Part shown: one piece after another, positions 1 to 10,855 of the stretch
How the letters are laid out: each line of letters opens with the position of its first letter
Numbering within the stretch: the first letter of the stretch is position 1
NCBI RefSeq assembly: GCF_001194135.2
Contig: NC_069004.1
Coordinates: 19,049,682-19,105,488, forward strand
Direction of reading: 5' to 3'
From: Octopus bimaculoides
Taxonomy: Eukaryota
Length of the DNA stretch: 55,807 nt
The notes under the pieces: model-generated
What the model was told of the DNA's origin: nothing
What the model saw: only the letters and a program-made list of their open reading frames with translations
The model's database searches: none
Program-made: the position numbers and the translations under genes

Positions 1-44
<44 letters not shown>

Positions 45-92
45 CCCCTGCATGCATATATACATTCGTACATACATACATACACATATACA
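1..92. repeat. (TA)n/(TACA)n microsatellite
   Basis: Direct read of simple repeat. Confidence 0.95.
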
Positions 93-396
93 TGACGAAA
101 GAGAGAAAGTGAGGCAGACAGAAAGGGAATACATGAAAATCAAATCTTAGAAGTTGATTGTTTCGTGTCCACATTGCATATATTGCAAATGTTTTATTCT
201 GTTGCACAAACAAATGCAGATACTGCACTGAAATGCACCACATGAATATTGCACAAATTGCAGAGCTGCATAAACATGAAGTCTGTTTTGTTTTACCTTT
301 TTTCCCCCCTCTATTAGTTCTTTTCATTCTTTTGCCTTCATAAAAGGCTCGATCTTCAAAGAAAGGTTCTTTCAGACGGGAGCTTAGAACTGGTCA

Positions 397-427
397 AAGA
401 TGGCGCTCGCTCTGTTGACGCCATGTT
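397..427. promoter_or_regulatory. Pair of oppositely oriented YY1-type motifs in a unique island
   Basis: AAGATGGCG at 397-405 and CGCCATGTT at 419-427 both match CGCCATNTT. There is no transcription evidence. Confidence 0.25.
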
Positions 428-1352
428 GGTTTGTAAGAGAAGCCTCTCTTCTTGATTTAAGGCTAACGAATGTGAGCACGTGTTGGGAAAGATGGGGATG
501 GCGGTCATGGTGGAGGTGGTGGTTGTGGTGATACTAGTAGTAGTCGTAGTAGTAGTGGTGGTGGTGGTGGTGGTGGTGTATGAGAATGAGCGTTGGAGTG
601 AAAAGAAAAAAAAACAAACGAATGAGAATCTGATGAATGATAAAATAGATTCATGTAGAAGAAGAAGAAGAAGAAGAAGAAGAAGAAGAAGAAGNNNNNN
701 NNNNNNNNNNNNNNNNNNNNNNNNNNNNNNNNNNNNNNNNNNNNNNNNNNNNNNNNNNNNNNNNNNNNNNNNNNNNNNNNNNNNNNNNNNNNNNNNNNNN
801 NNNNNNNNNNNNNNNNNNNNNNNNNNNNNNNNNNNNNNNNNNNNNNNNNNNNNNNNNNNNNNNNNNNNNNNNNNNNNNNNNNNNNNNNNNNNNNNNNNNN
901 NNNNNNNNNNNNNNNNNNNNNNNNNNNNNNNNNNNNNNNNNNNNNNNNNNNNNNNNNNNNNNNNNNNNNNNNNNNNNNNNNNNNNNNNNNNNNNNNNNNN
1001 NNNNNNNNNNNNNNNNNNNNNNNNNNNNNNNNNNNNNNNNNNNNNNNNNNNNNNNNNNNNNNNNNNNNNNNNNNNNNNNNNNNNNNNNNNNNNNNNNNNN
1101 NNNNNNNNNNNNNNNNNNNNNNNNNNNNNNNNNNNNNNNNNNNNNNNNNNNNNNNNNNNNNNNNNNNNNNNNNNNNNNNNNNNNNNNNNNNNNNNNNNNN
1201 NNNNNNNNNNNNNNNNNNNNNNNNNNNNNNNNNNNNNNNNNNNNNNNNNNNNNNNNNNNNNNNNNNNNNNNNNNNNNNNNNNNNNNNNNNNNNNNNNNNN
1301 NNNNNNNNNNNNNNNNNNNNNNNNNNNNNNNNNNNNNNNNNNNNNNNNNNNN

Positions 1353-1424
<72 letters not shown>

Positions 1425-1477
1425 GTATACAAATATGTATATGCATGTGTATATATGTATACAAATGTGTATATGCA

Positions 1478-1510
<33 letters not shown>

Positions 1511-1991
1511 TCAAATATGTAAGTGTATGTGTGTATAAATATATATTTACAAACCTGTGTATATGTTTATATAGGTATGTGTATACACACACATGCATAC
1601 ATATACACACATTCATACACACATACACACATGTATACACACACACACATTTACACATACATGCATATCATGAATAATGCAGATGCAAGAGTATCACTCA
1701 TTTTCTTAATTGAACATGGAACAGTTTTGGAACAGTTTCGGACTAGAAGCGAAGGCTCAAAAAAGTATTCGCTGCTGAAGTTAGAAACTGAAATTAAATG
1801 ATATTCTTTTTGTATGGGTTTCAGATTGAAAAAAAAAAAAAAGAATAATAAATAAGTGGTGAAGAACAAGTAGGGAAAAGATTAAAGGGAAAACTATTGC
1901 GTTCTTCAGCTTCATTTGAGCTGCGTGGGTGAATTTCCGTTCGCTCAACAGCACCCACTCAACAGCACCTACTCAGGAGGTTATACTCAAT

Positions 1992-2308
1992 GAAGGTGCG
2001 TGGCTTAGTGATTAGGGTAATCGGCTCACGATCGTGAGATCAATTTGCGGCAGCGCGTTGTGTCCTTGAGCAAGACACTTTATTTCATGTTGCTCCAGTC
2101 CACTCAGCTGGCAGAAATGAGTAGAACTTGTATTTCCAAGGGCCAGCTTTGTTACACTCTGTGTCACGCTGAATCTCCTTGAGAGTTTATGCTAAGGGTA
2201 CACTTGTCTGTGGAGCGCTCAGTCACATTGCACGTTAATTTCACGAGCAGGCTGTTCCATTGATCATATCAGCTGGAACCCTCGTTGTCGTAATCGACGG
2301 AGTGCCAA
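1992..2308 (+). mobile_element. tRNA-derived SINE, family B head + CORE-like centre + tail X
   Basis: A-box-like TGGCTTAGTG, then TGTCCTTGAGCAAGACACTT...GCTCCAGTCCACTCAGCTG. The 3' tail ending CGACGGAGTGCCA is shared with the copies at 20816 and 40499. Confidence 0.9.
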
Positions 2309-3113
2309 GTAACGCACAGTCTGAGCAATACACATCACATTTTGTGTACTTTGTAGAAGGGAGATTTGTTAGTCGATATTTGTGGAAGACACGTTTGTTG
2401 TGGTGAGAGATTTGGGGTGTCAAGAGCCCAAAAGTGTTGGCTTTTCATCGCTTCGTGGACATAGATTCTAAATGCTTTTTCCCTCTGGTGAGGATAAACA
2501 GAAGTAAACTCCATGAAAGTCACGGAAGTAACCGGCTGAATTTCTTTTTTACAGGTATCGCGAATGTATATCTTTGTTAAAGCCGAAGTAGCTCACTGAA
2601 ATTAGAATTGAATGGGTTTATCTAGATTCCACTAGACGATGGCGAATTTGAAAGATTAAACAAATGGATTTTAAGTGCAGAATCGGAGAAGAATGGTAAT
2701 GAACGCGAAAACCGGGGTTTCGATCCCTAGCCATGGACCTGCTGCATATCTCCTACAATACTTTCCTTCTAGTGAACAAGTCATTAAAAAAAATTAAACG
2801 AAATATGAAAAGTTATAATTGCTCAACGGGGAGGACGTTACATTCATGGAACAAATATAGCGAAACCTTAAATGTAAAGAGGTAGCAATGCATGTTGAGA
2901 TGGAGTTGTGACAGGAGACTGTAAAATGCTAGTATTTACATGCTAGCATGAAGGTATATAAGGTTAAGGTATACAGAAATATAATCTCTACCGGGGGTGA
3001 GGTGGAGAAAGAATGCCTAAGATGCACTTTAACTCGCCTAGTAACTGTCAAGTATCCACTTAGCTACGAAATAATCAGTGATTATTTTGCAAACAGCTGT
3101 TTTTTTCAAAAAT

Positions 3114-3582
3114 GGGCGCAGGCATGGCTGTGTGGTAAGCAGCTTGCATCCCAACCACATGGTTCCAGTTTCAGTCCCCCTGTGTGGCATCTTGGCAGGT
3201 GTCTTCTACTCTAGCCTCGGGCCGACCATAGCCTTGCAAGTGGATTTGGTTGATGGAAAATGAAAGAAGCTCGTCGTGTGTATGTGTATGTGTGTGTGTG
3301 TGCGTGTGTGTATGTGTGTGTGTGTGCGTGTGTGTATGTGTGTGTGTGTGTGTGTGTGTGCGTGTGTAGGGGTTATGCGTGTGTGTCTTTGATTCTGTGT
3401 TTTCGTCCCACTTCTATCGCTTGATAACCAGTGTTGGTGTGTTTACGCCTCCGTAACTTGGTGGTTCGGTAAAAGATACCGACAGAATAAGTACCAGGCT
3501 TAACAAAAAGAATAAGCCCTGGGGGTCGATTCTTTCGACTAAAAATTCTTCAAGGCGGTACTCCAGTTTGGCCGCAGTCTAA
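3114..3582 (+). mobile_element. SINE family A, near full length with internal (TG)n
   Basis: Head GGCTGTGTGGTAAG, centre CTTGGCAGGTGTCTTCTACT...GGATTTGG..GATGGAAA, internal microsatellite, tail GGTCGAT...GGCCGCAGTC. Homologous to the other family A copies. Confidence 0.9.
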
Positions 3583-3845
3583 TATATATATATATATATA
3601 TATATATGGACATATATTCACACACGCGCGCACTCACACACACACACACACACACACACACATCATGTGGAGAGAACCAACACAAAGATTATGATATTTT
3701 TCGTGATTACTTCAGTAATAAATTACTTAAATCATATTTTGTCTTTCAGTTTTAATGCTATTAAATGATATTAACGTTCAAAAGTAGAAAAATATAACTG
3801 AAGTGGGGTTTTGTCTTAGGGGTGGGTTGTCTGGATCCCAATATC

Positions 3846-4240
3846 AAAGACCTAGGTGAAGTTGTTGATGACAACCTCAACTGGATCACGCTCGCAGAAC
3901 TTACCGGTCCAGAGAGCTATAAGTCATCACCGTTCTTTTCGCCTCCTTTGTACGATCATACCTGGAAAACTGTTACTTGCTGAAGCCTTCCCATACTAAA
4001 TATAACATCATGAGCAGCGAAGCAATTACAAATTACTAACAAAAGAAAGAAAGAAGACGCCATGACAGGCCTTGAATATTGGAATCGTCAGAAAAACACT
4101 CAGACTCTATTAACTTGAAACCTGCTTTGCCCTCTACAATTTGGTAAATATACTAACAACATTGTCCAAATGATCTTACATCTAGTTTAGAAAAATCATC
4201 CTCTCCTGGAATCCCGTGCCACACGCATGTTCCTATACTA
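3846..4240 (+). pseudogene. Degraded CR1/L2/Jockey-type LINE reverse transcriptase C-terminal relic
   Basis: Translates to KDLGEVVDDNLNW (cf. KDLGVxVDxxLxW), FASFVRSYLE (cf. FVRPHLEY) and MTGLEYWNRQK (cf. GLxYWxRL), with stops and frameshifts. Confidence 0.55.
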
Positions 4241-4326
4241 ATCAGGTGCACATCGCATAAACACATTAAGATATAATTAATTAACGTCATCTAGCCTGCT
4301 TTTGTTTAATACACAGCAGTACAAGA

Positions 4327-4400
4327 AGGCGGCGGGCGGCAGAATCGTTAGTTTGCTGCGTAAAATGCTAAGCGACATTTCGTCCATCTTTACGCTCTGA
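4327..4400 (+). mobile_element. SINE family C 5' fragment, truncated by the palindromic element
   Basis: GGCAGAATCGTTAG...AAATGCTAAGCGACATTTCGTCCATCTTTACGCTCTGA matches the heads at 5027, 5311 and 5522. Confidence 0.75.
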
Positions 4401-4490
4401 TACAATTCTAAAACTAAGAGATGAGGAATTATGTACATTATTTACATTATTTACAATTGACGGATATTTGTCCTCATCTTGTTTGTTGTT

Positions 4491-4536
4491 AACACAACGT
4501 TTCGGCTGATATACCCTCCAGCCTTCACCAGGTGTC
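4491..4536 (-). ncRNA. Minimal type I hammerhead ribozyme motif, core mutated (CUGGUGA)
   Basis: On the minus strand: GACAC-CTGGTGA-A-GGCTG gagggtatat CAGCC-GAAAC-GTT-GTGTT. Stems I and II pair; core A6 is changed to G. Confidence 0.7.
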
Positions 4537-4658
4537 TTGGGGAAATTTCGAGCCTGGGTTCTCATTCCTAAGGTTAGTAGCCCACGCTCTTAACCACTAC
4601 GTCATATGCCCACGGGCATATGGTGTAGCGGTTATCCCAGGTTCGAAATTTCCCCCAA

Positions 4659-4704
4659 GGCACCTGATGAAGGCTGGAGGGTATATGAGCCGAAACGTTG
4701 TGTT
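4659..4704 (+). ncRNA. Minimal type I hammerhead ribozyme motif (Penelope-like element type)
   Basis: GGCAC-CTGATGA(4664-4670)-A-GGCT..AGCC-GAAA(4692-4695)-C-GTT-GTGTT. Stem III is the palindrome AACGTT; predicted cleavage is after 4699. Confidence 0.75.
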
Positions 4705-4986
4705 AACTACAAACAAGATGAGGACAAATATCCGTCAAATGTAAATAATGTAAGTAATGTATNNNNNNNNNNNNNNNNNNNNNNNNNNNNNNNNNNNNNN
4801 NNNNNNNNNNNNNNNNNNNNNNNNNNNNNNNNNNNNNNNNNNNNNNNNNNNNNNNNNNNNNNNNNNNNNNNNNNNNNNNNNNNNNNNNNNNNNNNNNNNN
4901 NNNNNNNNNNNNNNNNNNNNNNNNNNNNNNNNNNNNNNNNNNNNNNNNNNNNNNNNNNNNNNNNNNNNNNNNNNNNNNNNNNNNNN

Positions 4987-5022
<36 letters not shown>

Positions 5023-5026
5023 GCTA

Positions 5027-5256
5027 GCGCAGCGAGCTGGCAGATTCATTAGCACGCCGGGAAAAATGCATAGAAGTGTTTGTTTGGTTCGTCTTTACGT
5101 TCTGAGTTAAAATTCCGCCATGGGTGACTTTCCTTTTAACCCTTTCTGGGTCGATAAGATAAGGACCAGTTGAGTACTGGGATCGAGGTATTCCACTCAT
5201 CCACCCCACCCCCAAATTGCTAGCCTTGTGCCAAAATTTGAGATCAATATTATTAT

Positions 5257-5309
<53 letters not shown>

Positions 5310-5732
5310 TGGCGAGCTGGCAGAATCGTTAGCACACCGGGATAAATGCTCAGCGGTATTTCGCTCGTCAGCACGTTCTAAGTTCGAATTCCGCCGAGGT
5401 CGACTTTGGCTTTCATCCATTCGGAGTCGATATATTAAGTACCAATGTAATCGACTTAATCCCTCCCACCAAATTCCAGACCTTGTGTTTATAGCAGAAA
5501 GAATTATTATTATTGTTGTTAAGGCGGCGAGTTGGCAGAATTGTTAGCACGCCGAGCAAAATCCTCGTCCGTCTTTATGTTCTAGGTTCAAATTTCGTCG
5601 AGGTCGGCTTCGCCTTTTATCTTCCCGGGGTCGATAAAATAAGTACTTGTTGAGTACAGGAGTCGATATAATCACCGTAGCCCCCTCCCCCGAACTTGCT
5701 GACCTCGTGCCAAAATTTGAAACCAATATTAT
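5027..5732 (+). mobile_element. Head-to-tail array of three family C SINEs separated by trinucleotide microsatellites
   Basis: Copies at about 5027-5250, 5311-5510 and 5522-5732. Each has GCGAGCTGGCAGA...TTCAAATTCCGCCGAGGTCGACTTTGCCTTTCATCC..GGGTCGATAA and an (ATT)n tail. Confidence 0.9.
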
Positions 5733-5971
5733 CCCAGTACAAGTCGAAGAAGAAAATACCTCGTAACCTTCAGACAATACCAAAAAAATTTCTCCAAAGA
5801 ATTCTAGACAAAACCCCTATGTCTGGATATACTTCGGTCAACAAACAACAACACCAGTTTGACTGAACTACGGTGGTACAAATCACGACTGTTTAACCGT
5901 GATTTAAAAAAACAACATTACCGAGTAATGTTATTAAAATAAATATGGCCGGGCCAAAACAGACCAAGCAT

Positions 5972-6084
5972 GTATATCTATCTATCTATCTGCTTGTCTG
6001 TCTGTTGTCTGCTATCTATCTATCTATCTGTTTATCTATCTGTCTGTCTGTTTGTCTGTCTGTCTATGTCTGTCTATGTCTATC

Positions 6085-6117
<33 letters not shown>

Positions 6118-6215
6118 TATATAAGTATATGCATATATATGTACATGTATGTACATACCTTCATCTACATGTACATATAGATACATATCTGGGTACATGA
6201 CGTGGCAAAAGAACA

Positions 6216-6274
<59 letters not shown>

Positions 6275-6389
6275 AATATATATATCTACCTGTCTGTCTA
6301 TCTATCCATCTACCAATCTTTGCAATCTATCTACTGATCTATCTTTCTCTCTATATATCTATATCTATATATATATATATATCTATATC

Positions 6390-6422
<33 letters not shown>

Positions 6423-6490
6423 GTATGCGTGTGTAAGCCTGTACATTTGTGTATATCTGTGTGTGTGTGTGTGTGTGTGTGTGTACATAC
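5972..6490. repeat. Compound (TCTA)n/(TCTG)n/(TA)n/(TG)n microsatellites
   Basis: Direct read. Confidence 0.9.
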
Positions 6491-7689
6491 GTAAGCGCTC
6501 CCTTCGTTCAGTCTCTGGAATTTGCCTATCCTCGGCACTCTTCCTCCCCTTTCCCCCTCACTCCACACTGCCACTATGAACCGTGGCTGGAATTAGATCA
6601 GCTGACACACCCATGTGATGTCCGACGACTGTCAAAAAAAAAGATGACACGTGACTTGGCCAGGTCATTATCTGTTCAAACAGCCTTGACTCAAATGTCA
6701 CATGCAAGCCGAACCCTAAATTCCTGGCTCATCTTTCAGACAGTTTGACACTTGGGATTTAAAGGTTGGACCCTCCCCCATCATATAGTAGTAGTAGTAG
6801 TAGTAGTAGTAGTAGAAGTTCACCAACACTACATCTGCAAACGTTTACCCGTTTCTTGTATTGAGTTTGTACATGTCGAGTGTGTGTGGGTGTTTCGTAT
6901 GTGTGTATGNNNNNNNNNNNNNNNNNNNNNNNNNNNNNNNNNNNNNNNNNNNNNNNNNNNNNNNNNNNNNNNNNNNNNNNNNNNNNNNNNNNNNNNNNNN
7001 NNNNNNNNNTGTGTGAACGTCAGTATTATCTCAGAATTGTAGGTTTGTTGCGATCACATTCTTTGAACAGCGCATAACCAATGTGTTAAGGAAAGAGAAT
7101 TGTTTCTTAGCTGGAACGGAAACCTGGACGCGAGATCATTTCAGACGGAAACACTAAACTAAAATATCTTATCTGCTCGACAGAATCCCACATTGCAAAG
7201 AATTTCCCGTTCAACAAGAGAATATCTTTCGTACGCTTGGTCTGTTTGGCAAAGGAGGAAAATCACAATTTGTTTCGCGACAATGTCGAATTTTATTTCG
7301 CGCTATAACCTTTTGTACGGTTGCCATATCAATAGCAATACCGATATTAATATCGTTTATAACTTCCTTCCAGGCACCAATGCTTTGTTTATGGAATACG
7401 TGCTTATAATTTACACGGGAAAACCTCGGCGAATTTTCATTATTTTTATTTTCACCGTCATTAAAGAAATCTTTTTCTGGCAATTCTGTCTGCGGTTTCA
7501 TTCCCCGTTGGCAATGTAAGATTAATTGAGAAGCATCTTATTGATTTTATTAAGTCATTCGTCCACAACTGTGTAATTCCAACCCGCAGTGTGGTCATTG
7601 GAGTTTTATAATTGATCTCCCCAAGTGTTTCAAATGATTTTCAGAGGTTATGTTGTAACTATTTATAAAAACTTCAAAAGCGCCAAAAT

Positions 7690-7813
7690 ATTACACACAC
7701 GCACGCACGCAAGCTCACTCGCACACACATGCATGCACACATACAAACACACACACACACACACACGCACATACACAAACACACACACACAAACACACAC
7801 ACATATATATATG

Positions 7814-7851
<38 letters not shown>

Positions 7852-8126
7852 CATGTATGTATATGCATATATATACATACATACATACATACATACATAC
7901 ACATATACATAGGCACACGCACACATACAGGCACGCAAGTAGAAAACATATATTTACATATATAAACATGAATACACATGCGTATTAGAACACGCATACA
8001 GTTGAGATATATCTATGAATGAGTACACACACACACACACACACATATGTATGTGTGTGTGTATATGCATGTATGTATGTATGTATGTATGTATGTATGT
8101 ATGTATGTATGTATGTATGTATGTAT
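7690..8126. repeat. Compound (CA)n/(TA)n/(TATG)n microsatellites
   Basis: Direct read. Confidence 0.9.
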
Positions 8127-8579
8127 GGGAGAGGGCCCGGAAGATTATGTCTACTTTGGGTTCTAATGGAGTAATTTCCACTGCCGCCAATTCTTTCATT
8201 CTTCACTCAACACCTCCCCGACATCCATCTCGCCACCACCACCACCACCACCATCACCGCCGCCATCACCAACATCGTTACATCTGTTCAAATTATGATG
8301 GAAGCCAGAGACGAAAATGATTGCACATGCAACAATCAGTTACTTAAACTAATAAATAAAAGAGAAATTAGTCCAGTCCTGTTGACCAGCCAATAGTAAC
8401 TGGCCGTGTTGCACTGAAATTGGTGATCGACCAAGTGTATGATTGAGTGGACCTTTCTATCTAAAAGTACTAGGTTCGTATCCGATCAGCATTCAAATCA
8501 CCTCGGATAGCATTCTCTGTGGCTGCTTTCTTGCTTCTTTTGACAGGAATCATGTCGGCTGATTCATTAATTCGTCGAT

Positions 8580-8818
8580 AATTGGTTTGATTTTATTAGT
8601 TGTTTGTTTGATTGATTATTTATTTGATTGATTGTTTGTTTGTTTGTTTGGTTGGTTGGTTGGTTGGTCGGTTGGCTGGTTGGTTGGTTGGTTGGTTGGT
8701 TGGTTGGATGCATAGTTGTTTGCTGGTTTGGTTAGTTGCTTAATTTGCTGCTTGGTTGGTTGGTTGGTTGGTTGGTCGCTTGTTTGTTTAATTCATTAAT
8801 TAGTTGGTTGGTTGGCTC
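8580..8818. repeat. (TTGG)n/(TTTG)n tetranucleotide repeat
   Basis: Direct read. Confidence 0.9.
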
Positions 8819-9007
8819 TAATATAAAGACTGTTGGACGCAAGAGCAGACAGCAGGTTCCATCCTTATTGATAAACAAAATAAATGAATAACAGCAAAAA
8901 CAAACGAAAATGAGTCTACACAGGAGCCCCTACGTGGTCGCCTTAATATCTAGAAATAGCAGCCTTATCTTCCTGAAATCATATTCCATGTCTGAATAAA
9001 AGAAAAA

Positions 9008-9039
<32 letters not shown>

Positions 9040-9051
9040 CAGAACAGTTGC

Positions 9052-9480
9052 AGGCACGGTTGTATGGTTAAGAGGCTCGCTTTGTAACCTCGTGGTTTTG
9101 AGTTCAGTCTCACAGCGCATCACTTTGGCCAAGCATTTTCTATAGTACTAGGTCGAGTAATGCCTTGCGAGTGAATTTGGTGCCTACTGTATGTGTGTGC
9201 TGATATGGGTGTGTATGTGTGCGCGCGTGGGGGGGTGTATTTATGTATGTGTGTATGTGTGATTTTGTGTCTGTTTTTCACCCCCATCACCACTCAGCAA
9301 CCGGTGTTGGGCTGGTTGTATCTTCGAAATTTAATGTTTCTACTAAAAACAAAAACACGTTAGAATAAGTACCAGACGTTCAAAAAAAGGTGCTGAGATC
9401 GATAAGTTCGAGTAAATTCTTTGATGGTGGTACCCCAGAGTGGTCGTAGTCCAATGAATGAAACAAGTACAAGTGATAAA
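9052..9480 (+). mobile_element. SINE family A, old divergent copy
   Basis: Degenerate head, internal (TG)n, AGAATAAGTACCAG and tail AATGAAACAAGTA. Confidence 0.75.
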
Positions 9481-9779
9481 AAAAACGCCTGAAAGATGCC
9501 CTCAAAACCAACTGGGTGGTCACGACGGACTGGAATACTTTTGGCAATATGTCTGCTGCAGCACGTTTGATTAGGGACTAAAATATTCTGAATAATCACG
9601 AAAATAGACAAAAATATGAATGAAACGAGTTGGGGTAAAATCCGGAGGCGAAATAGAGCAGTTTGGTTTAAAGGTCAACGGTCAGTGAGTGGACAGCAGT
9701 GATTTCCTTCATCGAAGTGAACAAACAGTGAAGCGTTGGAATAAAATGTGTGCTTGCGCGCGCGTGTGTGCGTGCGTGC

Positions 9780-9810
<31 letters not shown>

Positions 9811-10855
9811 CATACATACACTTATCATTATAAATAATGTGTGTGCGTATGCGCATACACACACATTATTATAAATAATGTGTGTGCGTGTGTGAGTGTG
9901 TGTGCGTGTGTGAGTGTGTGTGTGTGTGTACATACGTACACATATTTTTATAAATAATAACACAAATGGGCTAAAGTTCACTAAAGCTTTTTCGGGCGTG
10001 TTTTTTATTTTTGATGATCAAATCAATTATATCACGTAAAAAAAAACAACAAAAAACGTTTTCTTCAGGTGACTTAAAAATAAAATTTAACATTNNNNNN
10101 NNNNNNNNNNNNNNNNNNNNNNNNNNNNNNNNNNNNNNNNNNNNNNNNNNNNNNNNNNNNNNNNNNNNNNNNNNNNNNNNNNNNNNNNNNNNNNNNNNNN
10201 NNNNNNNTTTGTCTCTCTGTCTCTCTGTCTGTTCCCAGTGCATTCTCAAACTGCTCAATCAAATCAAATCAAATTTTACATGGTAATAGTATCAGACCCC
10301 GTAACTGTCAACATGTAATTTTCTTTTCATTTGGATTAAAACAATACAACAATGGCACTGGTTCGAAATTACATGTCAAAAGTGAAAGAATAACATCTAT
10401 ATTGCAATGTGATATAATATTGTTTCACTTTTATTCTTTCAATTTTAATTTTAATTATATCCTAATGTGAACAACACCACGCATCGGCAACTTTCTGTCT
10501 TCATGGCTACGACAGAGGAATGGTGTATCAGTGTATGTCTGTTAACTGACATAACGAACGGCTGGAGGTGAAACTCTTGACAAAAAACAATGAGGTGACA
10601 GGTCCAAGGTATATAAATATACACATTTACCGTTCAATTACCCGTTAATAACTATCGCAGCAGTTGCAAATTTACCGTTAAATTAGCAGTTCATACATGT
10701 GCTTCTATTTGGTTAATTTGCTTATATTTAGTTAATTTATACTGCATATAAAAAAGTAAAGATATACTACATACATATAACTGCTTGTAATAATAGACAT
10801 TACTGTATAATTTCTTCTATGTTCATAATTTTTGGTTTACAATACTGGAAAAAAT

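Larger units (their letters stand above)
4401..4762. mobile_element. Head-to-head inverted pair of tRNA-head/Penelope-type terminal repeat units
   Basis: Arms 4433-4611 and 4614-4762 are reverse complements around a 2-nt loop (CATATGCCC-AC-GGGCATATG). The left arm has a 32-nt segment (4559-4590) absent from the right arm, and the right arm runs into a gap. Confidence 0.85.

Noticed and set aside
356-1658. Long ORFs of 330-380 aa, and similar ones across every gap
   Set aside because: They are composed of N-runs (X) and microsatellite translations, not coding sequence.
3800-3840. GGGGTTTTGTC..GGGG motif, also at about 27005-27035
   Set aside because: It resembles a transposon subterminal motif but is too short and degenerate to classify.
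8015-8320. His-rich ORF end ([14 protein letters not shown])
   Set aside because: It derives from (CAC/CAT)n simple repeats with no non-repetitive domain.
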